Made by a program: the position numbers and the translations under genes
The notes under the pieces: model-generated
Database searches by the model: none
Told to the model about the DNA's origin: nothing
The model's input: the letters and a program-made list of their open reading frames with translations, nothing else
IMG/VR virus record: IMGVR_UViG_3300042556_003278
Source: an uncultured virus (IMG/VR IMGVR_UViG_3300042556_003278)
Taxonomy: Duplodnaviria > Heunggongvirae > Uroviricota > Caudoviricetes
DNA: 64,000 nucleotides
Direction: 5' to 3' (one strand)
Part shown: piece by piece, positions 27,933 to 39,400 of the stretch
How the letters are laid out: each line of letters opens with the position of its first letter
Numbering within the stretch: the first letter of the stretch is position 1

Positions 27933-28586
27933 ATGTCATTTCCACAAAGAGTCAGTCCCGCGTTCAAACCCGGCCCCGATGGGAAACCTATCGACGGCAA
28001 ATATCACATGACTCCAGCCACGATAGCTCAGAACACCAGAGACTACGCCTCCGCTCGCCGCGTCTATGGCCAAAATCAGGTAACTCCAGCCACGATAGCC
28101 CAGAACACCAGAGACTACGCCTCTGCTCGCGGTTACGGCAAAAATCAGGTAACTCCAGCCACGATAGCCCAGAACACCAGAGACTACGCCTCTGCTCGCG
28201 GTTACGGCAAAAATCAGGTAACTCCAGCCACGATAGCCCAGAACACCAGAGACTACGCCTCTGCTCGCGGTTACGGCAAAAATCAGGTAACTCCAGCCAC
28301 CATAGCCCAGAACACCAGAATCTACGCCTCTGCTCGCGGTTACGGCAAAAATCAGGTAACTCCAGCCACCATAGCCCAGAACACCAGAGACTACGCCTCT
28401 GCTCGCGGTTACGGCAAAAATCAGGTAACTCCAGCCACGATAGCTCAGAACACCAGAGACTACGCCTCTGCTCGCGGTTACGGGATTTCGCCAATCAGCC
28501 AAGCCACAATACAGAGAAACGTCCAAGACTACGTTTCGCGCACACAGCCCGCTCGCGCAATAGTAATGCCCAGACGAGGAAAATAA
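27933..28586 (+). CDS. Cassette protein 4 with 23-aa repeats; tag interrupted by TAA
   Basis: RRGK*LAALRQL in frame. Confidence 0.7.
   Translation: MSFPQRVSPAFKPGPDGKPIDGKYHMTPATIAQNTRDYASARRVYGQNQVTPATIAQNTRDYASARGYGKNQVTPATIAQNTRDYASARGYGKNQVTPATIAQNTRDYASARGYGKNQVTPATIAQNTRIYASARGYGKNQVTPATIAQNTRDYASARGYGKNQVTPATIAQNTRDYASARGYGISPISQATIQRNVQDYVSRTQPARAIVMPRRGK
28011..28482 (+). repeat. 69-bp coding tandem repeat, ~7 copies (TPATIAQNTRDYASARGYGKNQV)
   Basis: Seen directly; no spacers. Confidence 0.95.
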
Positions 28587-28627
28587 CTGGCCGCGTTGCG
28601 CCAACTCTTATCAATCCAACTGACCGC

Positions 28628-29257
28628 ATGAACGCGACTAACCAATCTGGCTACGGCGACTTTCTGAATTTGCCTCCCGGCTCCAAAACAGACCTCCGGT
28701 TTGTGGACAAAGATGGCGATGGAACCGATGACCGCTATCAGTCTGGACCAGGCAAACCGCGAGGCGGCGATGGAGCGGTCAAACCGATTAAACCGATCAA
28801 ACCGATCAAACCGATTAAACCATCTCCTGTAAGGCCCATTCCAACTAAACCGAACGATAGCAATAGCAACTACAACTATGTTCCATCTTACGGTTCTGAT
28901 GGCAGGTTCACTCACTATAACAGTGTGTCAAAAGGACAGGTTTTTGGTTGGGGCCCCAATCAGACTACCGTTTACGTTCAAGGCATGCCAATGACGATTG
29001 GCATGGGGCCACGCCCTACTGCTAACATTCAGCCGACGAAACCATCGGAACCTCCTTGGTCTATACGTATTCCGGGGACCGGCGGCATTAAGCCAACGAG
29101 AGAAGCAGTTGCCGCATGGGAAAACTCCCAAGCCGCATCGCAGCCTTCACCTGTTCAGCAAACTGCGCCCGCACAGCAGCCCAACTATTCGGGATCGCGG
29201 CCAGACTACCAACGTGGCCGGCGCAAACGCGGGTTAGGCGCGCTGCGTTACCTGTAG
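28628..29257 (+). CDS. Cassette protein 5, ends KRGLGALRYL
   Basis: KPI repeats, DKDGDG motif, shared tag. Confidence 0.75.
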   Translation: MNATNQSGYGDFLNLPPGSKTDLRFVDKDGDGTDDRYQSGPGKPRGGDGAVKPIKPIKPIKPIKPSPVRPIPTKPNDSNSNYNYVPSYGSDGRFTHYNSVSKGQVFGWGPNQTTVYVQGMPMTIGMGPRPTANIQPTKPSEPPWSIRIPGTGGIKPTREAVAAWENSQAASQPSPVQQTAPAQQPNYSGSRPDYQRGRRKRGLGALRYL

Positions 29258-29322
29258 TCAAAAGAATTGACATTGCTTTGCTTCGTTAGAAGCAAGGCAG
29301 AAAACTCTAAACTACTAAAACA

Positions 29323-30474
29323 ATGACAAATGCTTACTTAAAGCAGCTTTACACGCAAGCCGGCGCGGGAAACGAGCAGGCCATTCGAGAACTCCAATCG
29401 TTAGCGCCAAGAGGAAGAAATACTTCCCCTTACATTCCACTTACCGCACCGGCTAACACTGCTCTGGGCGCGCAGCCAAGTTACGTTAATAGAGCTAACT
29501 ACACACAGCCAACCGTTTCTACAAAAAATTCGGTATCCGCTGATCAGTATGGGCTTCCTGTCACCAAGCAGGTAGAAGTCGCCCACGAAGGTTATTACGT
29601 TGGCCCTGGTGCAGAACGTCCGACCTCAAATGCGCGCGCAACCGGATTGGATCGAGCGCGCACACCGCTCCCCGCGCCATCAGGAACCATAGACTACAAT
29701 GCGGGACGCAATCCTGCTCCCGATGATTCTACGCGCGCGCAACAGCCGTTTGTTGATCCCAAGCTACAGCTACAAAAAGATCGTCTTGAGTTAAACCGCC
29801 AGCAGTTCGAGCAGCAAAAGCAGCGTTATGCAGATCAGCAAGCGGCGGCAGCAGCCCGCATGCAGGCACAGCAAAATCAAAGCGGCCGCGGCAGACCTGC
29901 TGCGCCACCTTTGAGTTCACAACGCGGCGATGGGGGTGGTGGGGGCGGTAATCCCGCGATGAACTCCAACATGAAAGACGGAATCAAAACGCCTCCGCAA
30001 CAAAAGCCTGCTGCTGGTCGTGGCGGCGGTGGTGGTGGCCGCGGTGGTGGCGGCGGCGGGTTAAGTCCTGAACAGAAGGCGCGCAACAAGGCCAGAGAGG
30101 GCCGGCAGATGGAGCGCGAAAAAGACCGCGATCGAGCCATGGCAGACTACAACAACACTACGGAGCAGCGCGCAAGGAAGGCCAAAACTGCGTCTGATTA
30201 CTACAGCATCCGTGATAGCGACAAGCCTGCACCAAGGAACAACACTGCTGCTACCGGCGCCAAAGGCAAAACAGGTGGCAAAAACAACAGCCCCGGCGGC
30301 GACCCAAGCTACGGCCCCGGCACCGGCGGAAGCAACGACACCGCTGGAGATGCCGCCGCAGCCGCTGCAATGTATAATCATTTGAACAGCGCCGGCGGCG
30401 GGCGCAAAATGGTTCAGGCTTACGGAAACAAACACTCCAAAGTTTGGGTCAAGGCCCGCGGCGATTTTGCTTAA
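29323..30474 (+). CDS. Gly/Gln-rich probable internal virion (ejection) protein
   Basis: Composition; position upstream of giant protein. Confidence 0.55.
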   Translation: MTNAYLKQLYTQAGAGNEQAIRELQSLAPRGRNTSPYIPLTAPANTALGAQPSYVNRANYTQPTVSTKNSVSADQYGLPVTKQVEVAHEGYYVGPGAERPTSNARATGLDRARTPLPAPSGTIDYNAGRNPAPDDSTRAQQPFVDPKLQLQKDRLELNRQQFEQQKQRYADQQAAAAARMQAQQNQSGRGRPAAPPLSSQRGDGGGGGGNPAMNSNMKDGIKTPPQQKPAAGRGGGGGGRGGGGGGLSPEQKARNKAREGRQMEREKDRDRAMADYNNTTEQRARKAKTASDYYSIRDSDKPAPRNNTAATGAKGKTGGKNNSPGGDPSYGPGTGGSNDTAGDAAAAAAMYNHLNSAGGGRKMVQAYGNKHSKVWVKARGDFA

Positions 30475-30486
30475 TTCTTCGCAATC

Positions 30487-33400
30487 ATGGCAACGCTGAA
30501 CGACTTACTGAGCGCGGCCAGAGCCGGTGATCGAGGTGCATTGTCTGGACTGCAAGAACGCAGGCAGCGGGGAAACATCCCAGAGTTTGACCTGAAAGAG
30601 CTTTCTTCAATGGAGAAAGCCGCGGCCAAAGCTGACCGCGAGCAGCAGCGGGCCATGGCTTCGGCCGAACGTGAGCAGCGGGCGGCAAGTAAAGAACAGG
30701 GCCGCCAATACGAACGCGATGCGATTGCGTTTTTCACCAGAAACGGCCGAGTCATCCCGATTACTGCACCTTCCGGCGCGCCGATGCGCAAGTGGGGCAA
30801 GTCGGGCACCATGTTTGATCCGGTTACTGGCAAAGCCTACATCCGCGATGACAAGGGCAAGCTGATCGAACAAATCCCAGAGCAGGACGGTAAAACGGTT
30901 AAGAAAGACGGCCACGTTTACAAAGTTGTGGACGGCATGAAGTGGAAGTGGGTTGGCTACGACAAGGACCGCAAAACTGCTGAGGACCGCCGCTTTGACC
31001 GCGATTTGGCTGACAAGACACGCGCACTGAAGCAGGAAATGCAGGACGCGACCGGCGAGTTGACGATGTTGAATAAAGACATCGCCAGCGACCGCGCCCG
31101 CATCCGCGACCTTGATAAGCGAATCAACGATGCCGAAAAATTGTCTGGCGATCAGAGCTTGGTTGCCAGACTGCAAGGCGAGAAAGAGCAGATTCAGGGC
31201 GTGTTGGACGCCAAAGTTGAGCGGCAGGCAAAGGCTGAAATTGATGCTTACCGCGCACGGGCTGAATACAAGGCCGGCCGCGAAGCCGTGGATGCGCAGC
31301 GCAAGGACTACTACGACAACAAGAGCCGCCTTTACTACGACGATGGCAAGCTGCCCAACACGGACCGCAGAGCCGAAGCCACGGCGGGCATGTCCAACTA
31401 CTTGAGCGAGAATGGCAGGGACAACAAAAGCAGTCAGCCTATCAGCCTGTTTGATTCGATTTGGGCCAGCATCGAGGCGGGCAACAAACGATTGGGAGAC
31501 GCTTCCGTGGCCAACGCTAATGCTTTTGCTGATTGGTCCACCAAGCAAACTGTCAGCCCAGAGGCCAACCAGTGGAACATGGGCAAGATGCAGGCCCGCT
31601 CGCAGGATGCCACGGCGCGTCTGTCGGCCGAGGCGGAGATCATGCTGCCCAAGGCTGTTCGAGATGCGACCGGCGTAACTCATGCTCCTCCGAGTTGGTT
31701 CACGCCCGAAGCCATGGAGCGCCAGTTGTCGGCCAAACTGGCCGGTCAGGATGTGATTCACGCTCCTCCGGGCTACAAGCTGGAGGGTGGAACACTTTAC
31801 GCGACGAAAGAGACGAGCAACACGTTCTGGGGTGTGCCGCTTCCGTGGAGCAAGAAGACAACGGCCGAGCCGATTGGTAAGTTCAAGTTTGACCAGTATG
31901 GCGTTGGCTCTGTTGAGCTTGATCCTTTGGCGATGTCTTCGCCCTCGTTTGCTTCCGGTAACTACTACCGCGGGATGCCCGAATACCTGGGTATGCCCAA
32001 GTGGTTCGAGGATTCGGCCAAGCCCAAGATGGGTTCGCAGGTTGTTCCTGAAGTGCGCAAGGAAGTTGAGGCCATGGATTGGCAGAAGGCGGCGGCCGAG
32101 ATGTGGGAGTCGCGCCGGTGGTCGCCGGAGCGGTTGCGCGACACGCTTGACCAGTGGCAAACGGCCAACGACCGGCAGCGCGCCGACCTGATTGCTGAAA
32201 TGGACCCGCGCCAAGCCTCGTTGCGGCCGGAAGACCGCAGGCTGGACACTGGTTGGCTCTATCAACAAGGCCAGTTAAGCGCGCAGGACGCGCGCCTGTT
32301 AAGCAAGACAGCTTACGGCACCAACCCCGACTTTTCGTCATTGCCCGACTCGTTTGACCAGTGGGCCAAGAACAGCCCGACCGCGGCAGCCAAACAGTTT
32401 AGGGAGCAACAGGCCGCGCTACCCAAGATGAATTGGTGGCAGGCGGCGTTGACCAATGTTGCCAGCACCATACCTGGAGCCGGAGTGATTGCGGCGGCGG
32501 TGGGCGCAGTGGCCAACACGGAGCGCGGACGCATTAGTTCGGCCAACACTTACGCGGCCCGCGATGCGTTCATGTCGCAGTATTACCAAGAGACGGCGCG
32601 CAAGACCGATTTCAACCTTCCGGCGTTTGTTCAGGCGCGGGACAAGATGCTTGGTGATGAGTCTTTGGTTGGTTGGGCGAACAACGCTCTGAACAGCACG
32701 TTGCAAAATGCTTTTGGCTCAAGCATTGGAATTATGTTTTCGCAAGCCCCCAAACTTGCGGCTGATTACTTGACCGGCAGCAAATGGCTTTCAAACGAGG
32801 AGCGCACACTGATCAAGGCGCAGACCCAGATTGCGACATCCAATCTTATCAGAGGCGTGACCGACAGACTCCCCTCCTCCTTGCTTGAGGCCGACACGAT
32901 GGGCCGGTTGTTTGCCGGCCTAAATCCGGCGGCGGTGGCGCCCATTTTGTTTAAGTCAGGAGGGTTGGCGCGCGCGGCCGAGGCCGGCAGCAAACTGTAT
33001 TACGGCGAGAAGGGCGGCAAGCTGAACAGCGCAATCAACGATTTGCATGCCTACTTAAACACTGGCCGCGGCGATGAGCGTGAGTTGAAACGACTTTCGG
33101 AAAACGTGCGCGTGGCCTCCGAGGCGTTTCACCAGATGCCACAAGGCCGCGTGGCCGATGTTTTGCGTGGTGCGGCCGGTTATGCTGAAGGCTTTTTGGG
33201 CGGTGATGGAACTGTGGGTGTGCCGACACGTTTGGCTTACGAGAACGACCCGATGGACCCGCGCAGCACGATGAACCGTGCGATGGCCGGTTACATGCAA
33301 ACCATGAGTCCGGCTTATTGGTCCACGTTCAAATCAGGCGCGTTCAACAGCCAGCACGACTTGGCCATTCAGAATTGGGCGGCTAATTATGCCTCACAGA

Positions 33401-36400
33401 ACAACCAGATCAGCGAAAGTTCGCTGTTCGGTCCGTTTCAGATGGCCTTGCGTGGCGGCACGGTGGCTCCGTTGACCGAGACGGCGATTGAGATTGCGAG
33501 CAACTTGGTTGGTGTGGGCGCGGGCAAGATGTTGGTGGCGGGCAAGTGGTTAGCCACGGCCGAGCGCGCGGGCCTGACGCTGAATCGTGCCGGCCGTGCT
33601 GTGGGCAAGCTGGAGGGCATGCAGGAGGCTTTCTTCAACATGGGCAAGGTGACGCGGACGCCCGGAACAGTGCTAACGGCTGGCCAGCAGTTGCGGAACA
33701 CGGCGGTTGATATGTCCAAAATGGCGTGGGCGAGCGGCAGCGGCGAGATGTTCGAGGAAATGGTTGCCTCCTTTGGCGAGGCGGGCGCGACTTTGGGCGA
33801 TGCGGCCGCGCAGGGGTTGTCGGGATTCATTGGCGGCATGGGGTTGAGTTCGATCCATGCGCCGATTGGCGCGGCTTTGGGTAGCTTGCAAGCCGGCCGG
33901 TATGCGGCGGCACAGGACAAGGCTTTGAAGCAGTATGTGGCTGACTACAACACGCGATATGCCGAGACGCCGATCACGCTGGATCAGGCCAAGCAATCGC
34001 AGGGTTATCAGAATCGTGGGCTGGTCGGGACGCTTAACTCGCAGTTGCAGGCTTTAGTGACCGAGGATTTGCGTCTGGCCAATGAGTTCAAGTCTTTGCC
34101 GCCGACGATAGGTGTGCCTGGAGCGGGCGGGACGCCGGTGCTTGGCGTCAACCCGCGGATTGTTGAAATTTTGGCCGAGCGCGAGACGATTCGCGGCCAG
34201 ATTGGGGCGACGATGCTCGATGTGGTCGGGGTGAGCGAGAGTTCGATTGCCGCGGTGCGCGAGGTCAATGGGTTGCCGGAAGGTGAAAAGATTGTGGTGG
34301 ATGCGGCGGTTCGGTTGGTCAGCGGGACGCCGACCACGCCGGCACAGGAGCAAGTTTTGTTGGAGAACGGCGCGTATGTGCGCGGCGAGCGGGTGATTTT
34401 GAGTGATTCGCTGTTGTTGCAGTTGGAGGAGTTGGCTCCGACTACGGCCAAGTTGTTCTTTAAGAAGCAAGAGGCCGAGCAGTTGGCCGAGGCGGACGCG
34501 GTGAGTGGTGGGGAGAGCGCGGTTCCGGTGCAGCAGACGCAGCAACAGACTCAGGCGCCGGTGCAGCCTCCTCCGTTGCCGCAGCAACCGGTAGCACAGG
34601 CACCAGCGCAGCCACAGGTTCAGACGCCGGTTAGGCCACAAGTGCCTGCGCTCACGCCTGCGCAGCGCAAGGCTGCGGCAGATGCGCGGTCCAAGCAGCG
34701 TTACGGTGGGGTGTGGCGGTTTGTCAATGGCCGTGCAGTATTGATTAAGGACAAGGCGCAAGCGGACCAGTTGCCATTGGCTCTTGATCCCAATGAAGCG
34801 GCGGATGCTCAAAATGATGTGGCTGACGACTACACCTTTGAGGCGACTTACACGCCGAAGGGCAGCTTGCGGCCGGTGACGGTGGCGCAAACGGTGAAGG
34901 CAGCCAGCCCAGAGGAGGCGCAGGGCAAGCAGCAGAGTTGGGCTACGGCGATTGAGCGGCGGTTGTCGGATGGACCGGTGCAAGTTGGTCCGGTGCAGGC
35001 GGCGGGCGGTCAGGCAGTGCAACCGGAGTTGACATCTCCCGCGGCGGCTGTCGATTCGGCTATTTTCGAGGCCAAGCCTACGGCCAAGACAGTGACGGCG
35101 ATGGTTGAGGCGGCAGCACCGGTGCTGTTCAACAACCCTGCTTTGCCCAATGTGGTAGTTACGCCGCGGTTGTATGTGACGCGGCGGATGACCAACCCGA
35201 TTACGGATGAACAATACCGGGCTTTGCCGCCGGAGGAGAAGAAACAGTATATTTCGATGCCCAACGGCGGGATGGCGGCGATTGGTGTGCAGGTGGGGCG
35301 CGGGCCGACGATCTTTATTGACCAAGGCCAGTTGGCCAAGACGTTGGCTAATGTTCCGGCGGCGGACCGGCCGGCGCGGATTGCGGCCATGGCGCGCGAG
35401 GAAGTGTTGCATTTGGCGACTACGGAGGTGCGCGGACCGATGGAGCTTGTGGACGATTGGAACAGGTTGCCCGATGTGGTTAAGCGGCGGGTGGTCGAGG
35501 CTTATTATCCGTCCGAAGTGTTGACGGACGCCAATCAGGATTGGCGCAACGTGCAGACCGATCCGCAGCAGATGGCCTTGGAGTTTTGGCGCATGTATCT
35601 GTCGGCAAAGCTGGATGGTGTGACTACGGAGCAGGTGGCCTTTGCGCAGGATGTGGACAGGATGGCCGAGATTGATCCGGCGTTTGCCTCGAACCTTCGT
35701 CAGTTGTTGGAAAACCTTGCCGAATGGCTGCGTGACAAGCTGATGGGCACGCTCGATGACCAAACGCGGGCCGAGTTTGAGGATGTGGCGGCCAAGATCG
35801 AGGCCGAGGCGGCCCGCTTGGAGGGTCGCGGGGTGGCGCCGGCGGCCGTGGCTACGGAAACGGCGGAAACCGTGGCGGAAGATGCGGCTTTGCCGGCCAA
35901 TGAGGCATTTGTTCCGGCCGAGGACACCGGAAACTGGACAAGTGAGGCATTGCGGGCAGCGGTGAAGAACGCGGCGGCGGCCTTTGGCTACAAGATTGTG
36001 GACACCGGCATAGACTTCGGTGTGGTGGACCGGTATGGCAACACGGTCAATGTCGGGACGCAGATGTATGATAAGCTGGTTCCCGGCAGTGAGGTTGGGC
36101 AGTGGATCGACAAGGTGGGCAACAGTGAGTTTGCCGCGGAGATTGCCGACAAGATGGCGACACCGGGATTGCACCGCGTTTGGTTCGGGCATGATTTCCT
36201 GACCAATCTGGACAATGTGGTGGGGCAGTTTGGGTGGAGCGCGGTGCCGGATTTCATTTTGCAGTTGCTCAAGGACAGTCTGACCAAGAGCGGCATCCCC
36301 TTCCCTGGAGTTGAACTATTGGTCCGCGATGGCGCGGTGAGCGACCGAGTTGCTACCGATTGGCTATCCACCAACATCGGGGAAGTTTTTGGCGGTGGCG

Positions 36401-39400
36401 TGGCGTTCTTTGGGACGTATCGGCTGGCGCAAGCGGCACGGCAGGGCAATTTGAACCGGCCGAGAGTGGTTTTTGCTACAGTTGGCGTGGGCATCAAGTT
36501 GGTGGCCGGTGTGGCCACGGCGCAGCCGTTCTTGATCATTTCTGGTCTGGCGGATGCGGCGATTCTGGTGACGAACTTGGATCAGGTGCGCGAAGCCTTT
36601 AAGAAAAGTGCAGACATGGCCAAGGAGCGGCCGGCGCGGCCGGTGGTGCGTCCTCCGCAGATGGTTGAGCCGAGGGTGATGCCTCCGCAGAATCCTCCGG
36701 CCATGGCCCCGCCTGTAGAAGCGGTCGAGGAGGCGCCGAGTGTGGTGGCACCGGAGCCGGTGGCGCAAGCGCCCGCAGAGGCCGTGGAGACTCCGCAACC
36801 GGCCGTTGCCGAAAGGATTGACACAGCGCCCAAGCGTCCGCGCAAGCGCGCGACCAAACCGAAGGCGGTCAAAGTGGCCGATGATGGATTTACTGCCGAC
36901 GATCCGTTCATGCCGGACCCGACCTATGTGCGGGCTGTTCAAGATTTGGGATTCCTGAAGGCTATGCAGCAGGCGGCCAATTCCAACGAGGGCTCAATTT
37001 TGATGTTTGCCTTGGATCAGGAATTGGCGCGGTTGGCCAAAGCGGCCGGCGTAAAGCCGATTACCGGCCGGATGGGTTCTTACAACTACACCGGTTACAG
37101 TGGCACAAGCTCCAAGCAGCGTTTGGCCTTCATCAAAGAAGTGACCAAAAAAGGCGGGGAGGAATTGGGCCGGCAAGTGCGCAAACTGATTGCGGACGCG
37201 GATCGCGCCAAGCCGGTCTTGCAGAAATTGCGAGATGCCGAAGAAGTTGCGCCTCCCCCGATTAAAAAGTTTGCGGCGAAGCCCGAAAAACTGGCGGCCA
37301 ACGTGATTTTGGACGTAAACGGCCGCAAGCCTAACGATTCGGGCGTCTATTCTGAAGCGGACGCAGAGGTTATTGCTTTCCCGGCCAAGAAGTCGCAGCC
37401 GGTGAGCGCGGAGGTTCGTGTCTTGGAGTTGGCTGACGGCCGGTGGCTGGCCAATTTACGCACCGATCACAGGACCGGCGATTATTCAGGCCATTCGTTT
37501 GGCTTGAGCCTGAAATTCAGCAACGATGGCCAAGGTTATGCCAGCCGCGATGAGGCGGTGCGGACCATGCTCGAATACATTATTGCGGAGGAGTCGCGCA
37601 CCATAAGGGCTACGGACAGCATGACCTCCAAGAAGCAGCGCGAGAGCGCGGAGGCCGTTATTGCGTGGGCCGAGGCTGAACTGGACAAGGTGCAGCCGCG
37701 GGAAGTTGTCGCCCCGCAACCGGCGACCGAGTTGGATGCGGCATTTGCTGATCTGGAGCGGTTTTTGAAGCCGGCGGAAGTCCGCGGGCCAGATGGCCTG
37801 ACCGATACAGAGCGCGAAGCCCTCGAAGCGGAACTTCTGGCCGATCAGGAAGCGGAAGCGGTCGATGCGGTGCGTGAAGGCGGTATCGACATTCTCGATG
37901 CGGTGCGCGAGGCGGGCGGATTGCCGGCCAAGACCAGTTCCAAGGTTTACCAATATGCCGGTGAGTTGCAGCGGATCAGAGAAGCGCAACGCCCTGGCAA
38001 TGCGGTCGGGTTGAAGGGCACGTTTAACTTGTTCCGCAACAACGCGCCGGATCTGGATGCTCTTATCAAGGATTTGCAGATTATGGGCTTCCGCGATTTG
38101 GCCACGCCATCTGATTTGTTTGATCTGGTCGAGCGCCGGTTGTCCACCGGACGCCCGATTTACGGCTACGAGGGAATGGTGTTGGCGGCCGCGGCACAAC
38201 CGGCCGGAGCAGATTTCATTGCGGCTCTGACGCGGGTGGCGGATGCGCTGTATGCCGAGGGATTCAACACGCCGGAAACAATGTCGGCGCGCCTTGTCGA
38301 AAGGTTTCCCAATGACATGACGCCCAAGCTGTTGTCGCAGGTGTGGGCAAATGGAACAGAAACAGACCCCGATGTGCAGGTTTCTTGGAAGCAAATTTAC
38401 CAAAAAGCGGTTGACGAAAGTGGGGCTGCCGGTAACAATCAAGTTGGTGAAAGTGACGACAGACAACCAAGCGAAGAAACCGGCGGTGAATCTCCCGCCC
38501 TTCAAGCTGACGCCGCCGAAACCGGGGGACAAACCGGGGGTCTATACGAACGAGCGGGCGGGCGCCGACTGGAAGATGATGGAGGCGTATATGGAGGCTC
38601 GCGGGATCAAGAGCGGGTTCTAAACAAGCTACGGCTTGACGATCAGGGGCGCGAGGAGCGCATAGCAAAAGCCTTTGGCGATTGGCCCGATGGATATTCG
38701 GACCTTGGCATGCCCAACCTGCCGGAAGGTATTTCCGATCCGAACGATTCACGTTTACAGGTCACGCTGGAGAAAGACACGGCGACCATTGTAGCAGGAT
38801 CACTGGCCAATCGACTTTTGGGTATTCCGGCCGGCGAAGTGTCACGGCAAGTGCTCCGCGAAACCATCATCGAATACTTCATGCGCGGCGGGAACGACCG
38901 CCAAGCGTTGTCGGACGTTAAGGAGCCGCAATCGCAGGACAATCCGCTGGTTGTGTTCATGGGCGGCGGTGGTGCGGCAGGAAAGACAAGCCTCCTCCGG
39001 CGCGAGGTGGCCAAGGGCAACATACCTGACGAGGGCCGCGTCTTGAGCAACCCTGACGAGATTCGGGAGTTTCTGCCGGAATACGATTTGCTCAATGAAC
39101 TGAACGATTCGCGCAGTTCAGTCATTACGCACCCTGAAGCCTCTGCCATTTCCGAGGAAATCGAACGCAGGGCGCGGCAGAACAGTTTCCCATTGGTCAT
39201 CGACGGCACCATGAAGAACTCCGAGAAGTCGCTGACCCAAGCCCGAAACCTTCGCGCCGAGGGCTACCGCACCAAAATGATTGCGGTCACGATTGACCCA
39301 TACGAGGCATTGGTCCGTTCTTTCCTCCGAGCCATTGGCAGCAAGCGGTATGTGCCGCCTCCGGTGCTCTTGGGCGCGCACAAGGGATTCAACGCGGCCC

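Noticed and set aside
28011..28482. CRISPR array
   Set aside because: Contiguous 69-bp in-frame repeats without unique spacers; no cas operon (12748..13785 is a phage recombination exonuclease).
28584..28586. Genome-wide stop-codon reassignment
   Set aside because: TAA, TAG and TGA all terminate well-defined genes elsewhere and core genes are intact under the standard code.
27899..29257. 452-aa ORF as listed in the track
   Set aside because: Its TTG start is the -35 box and the N-terminal half is the repeat read out of frame; the likely gene starts at 28628.
26321..29322. True integron cassette array
   Set aside because: Boundary is a short promoter-like motif, not an attC with RYYYAAC/GTTRRRY ends; the integrase is distant and has its own tRNA attP.
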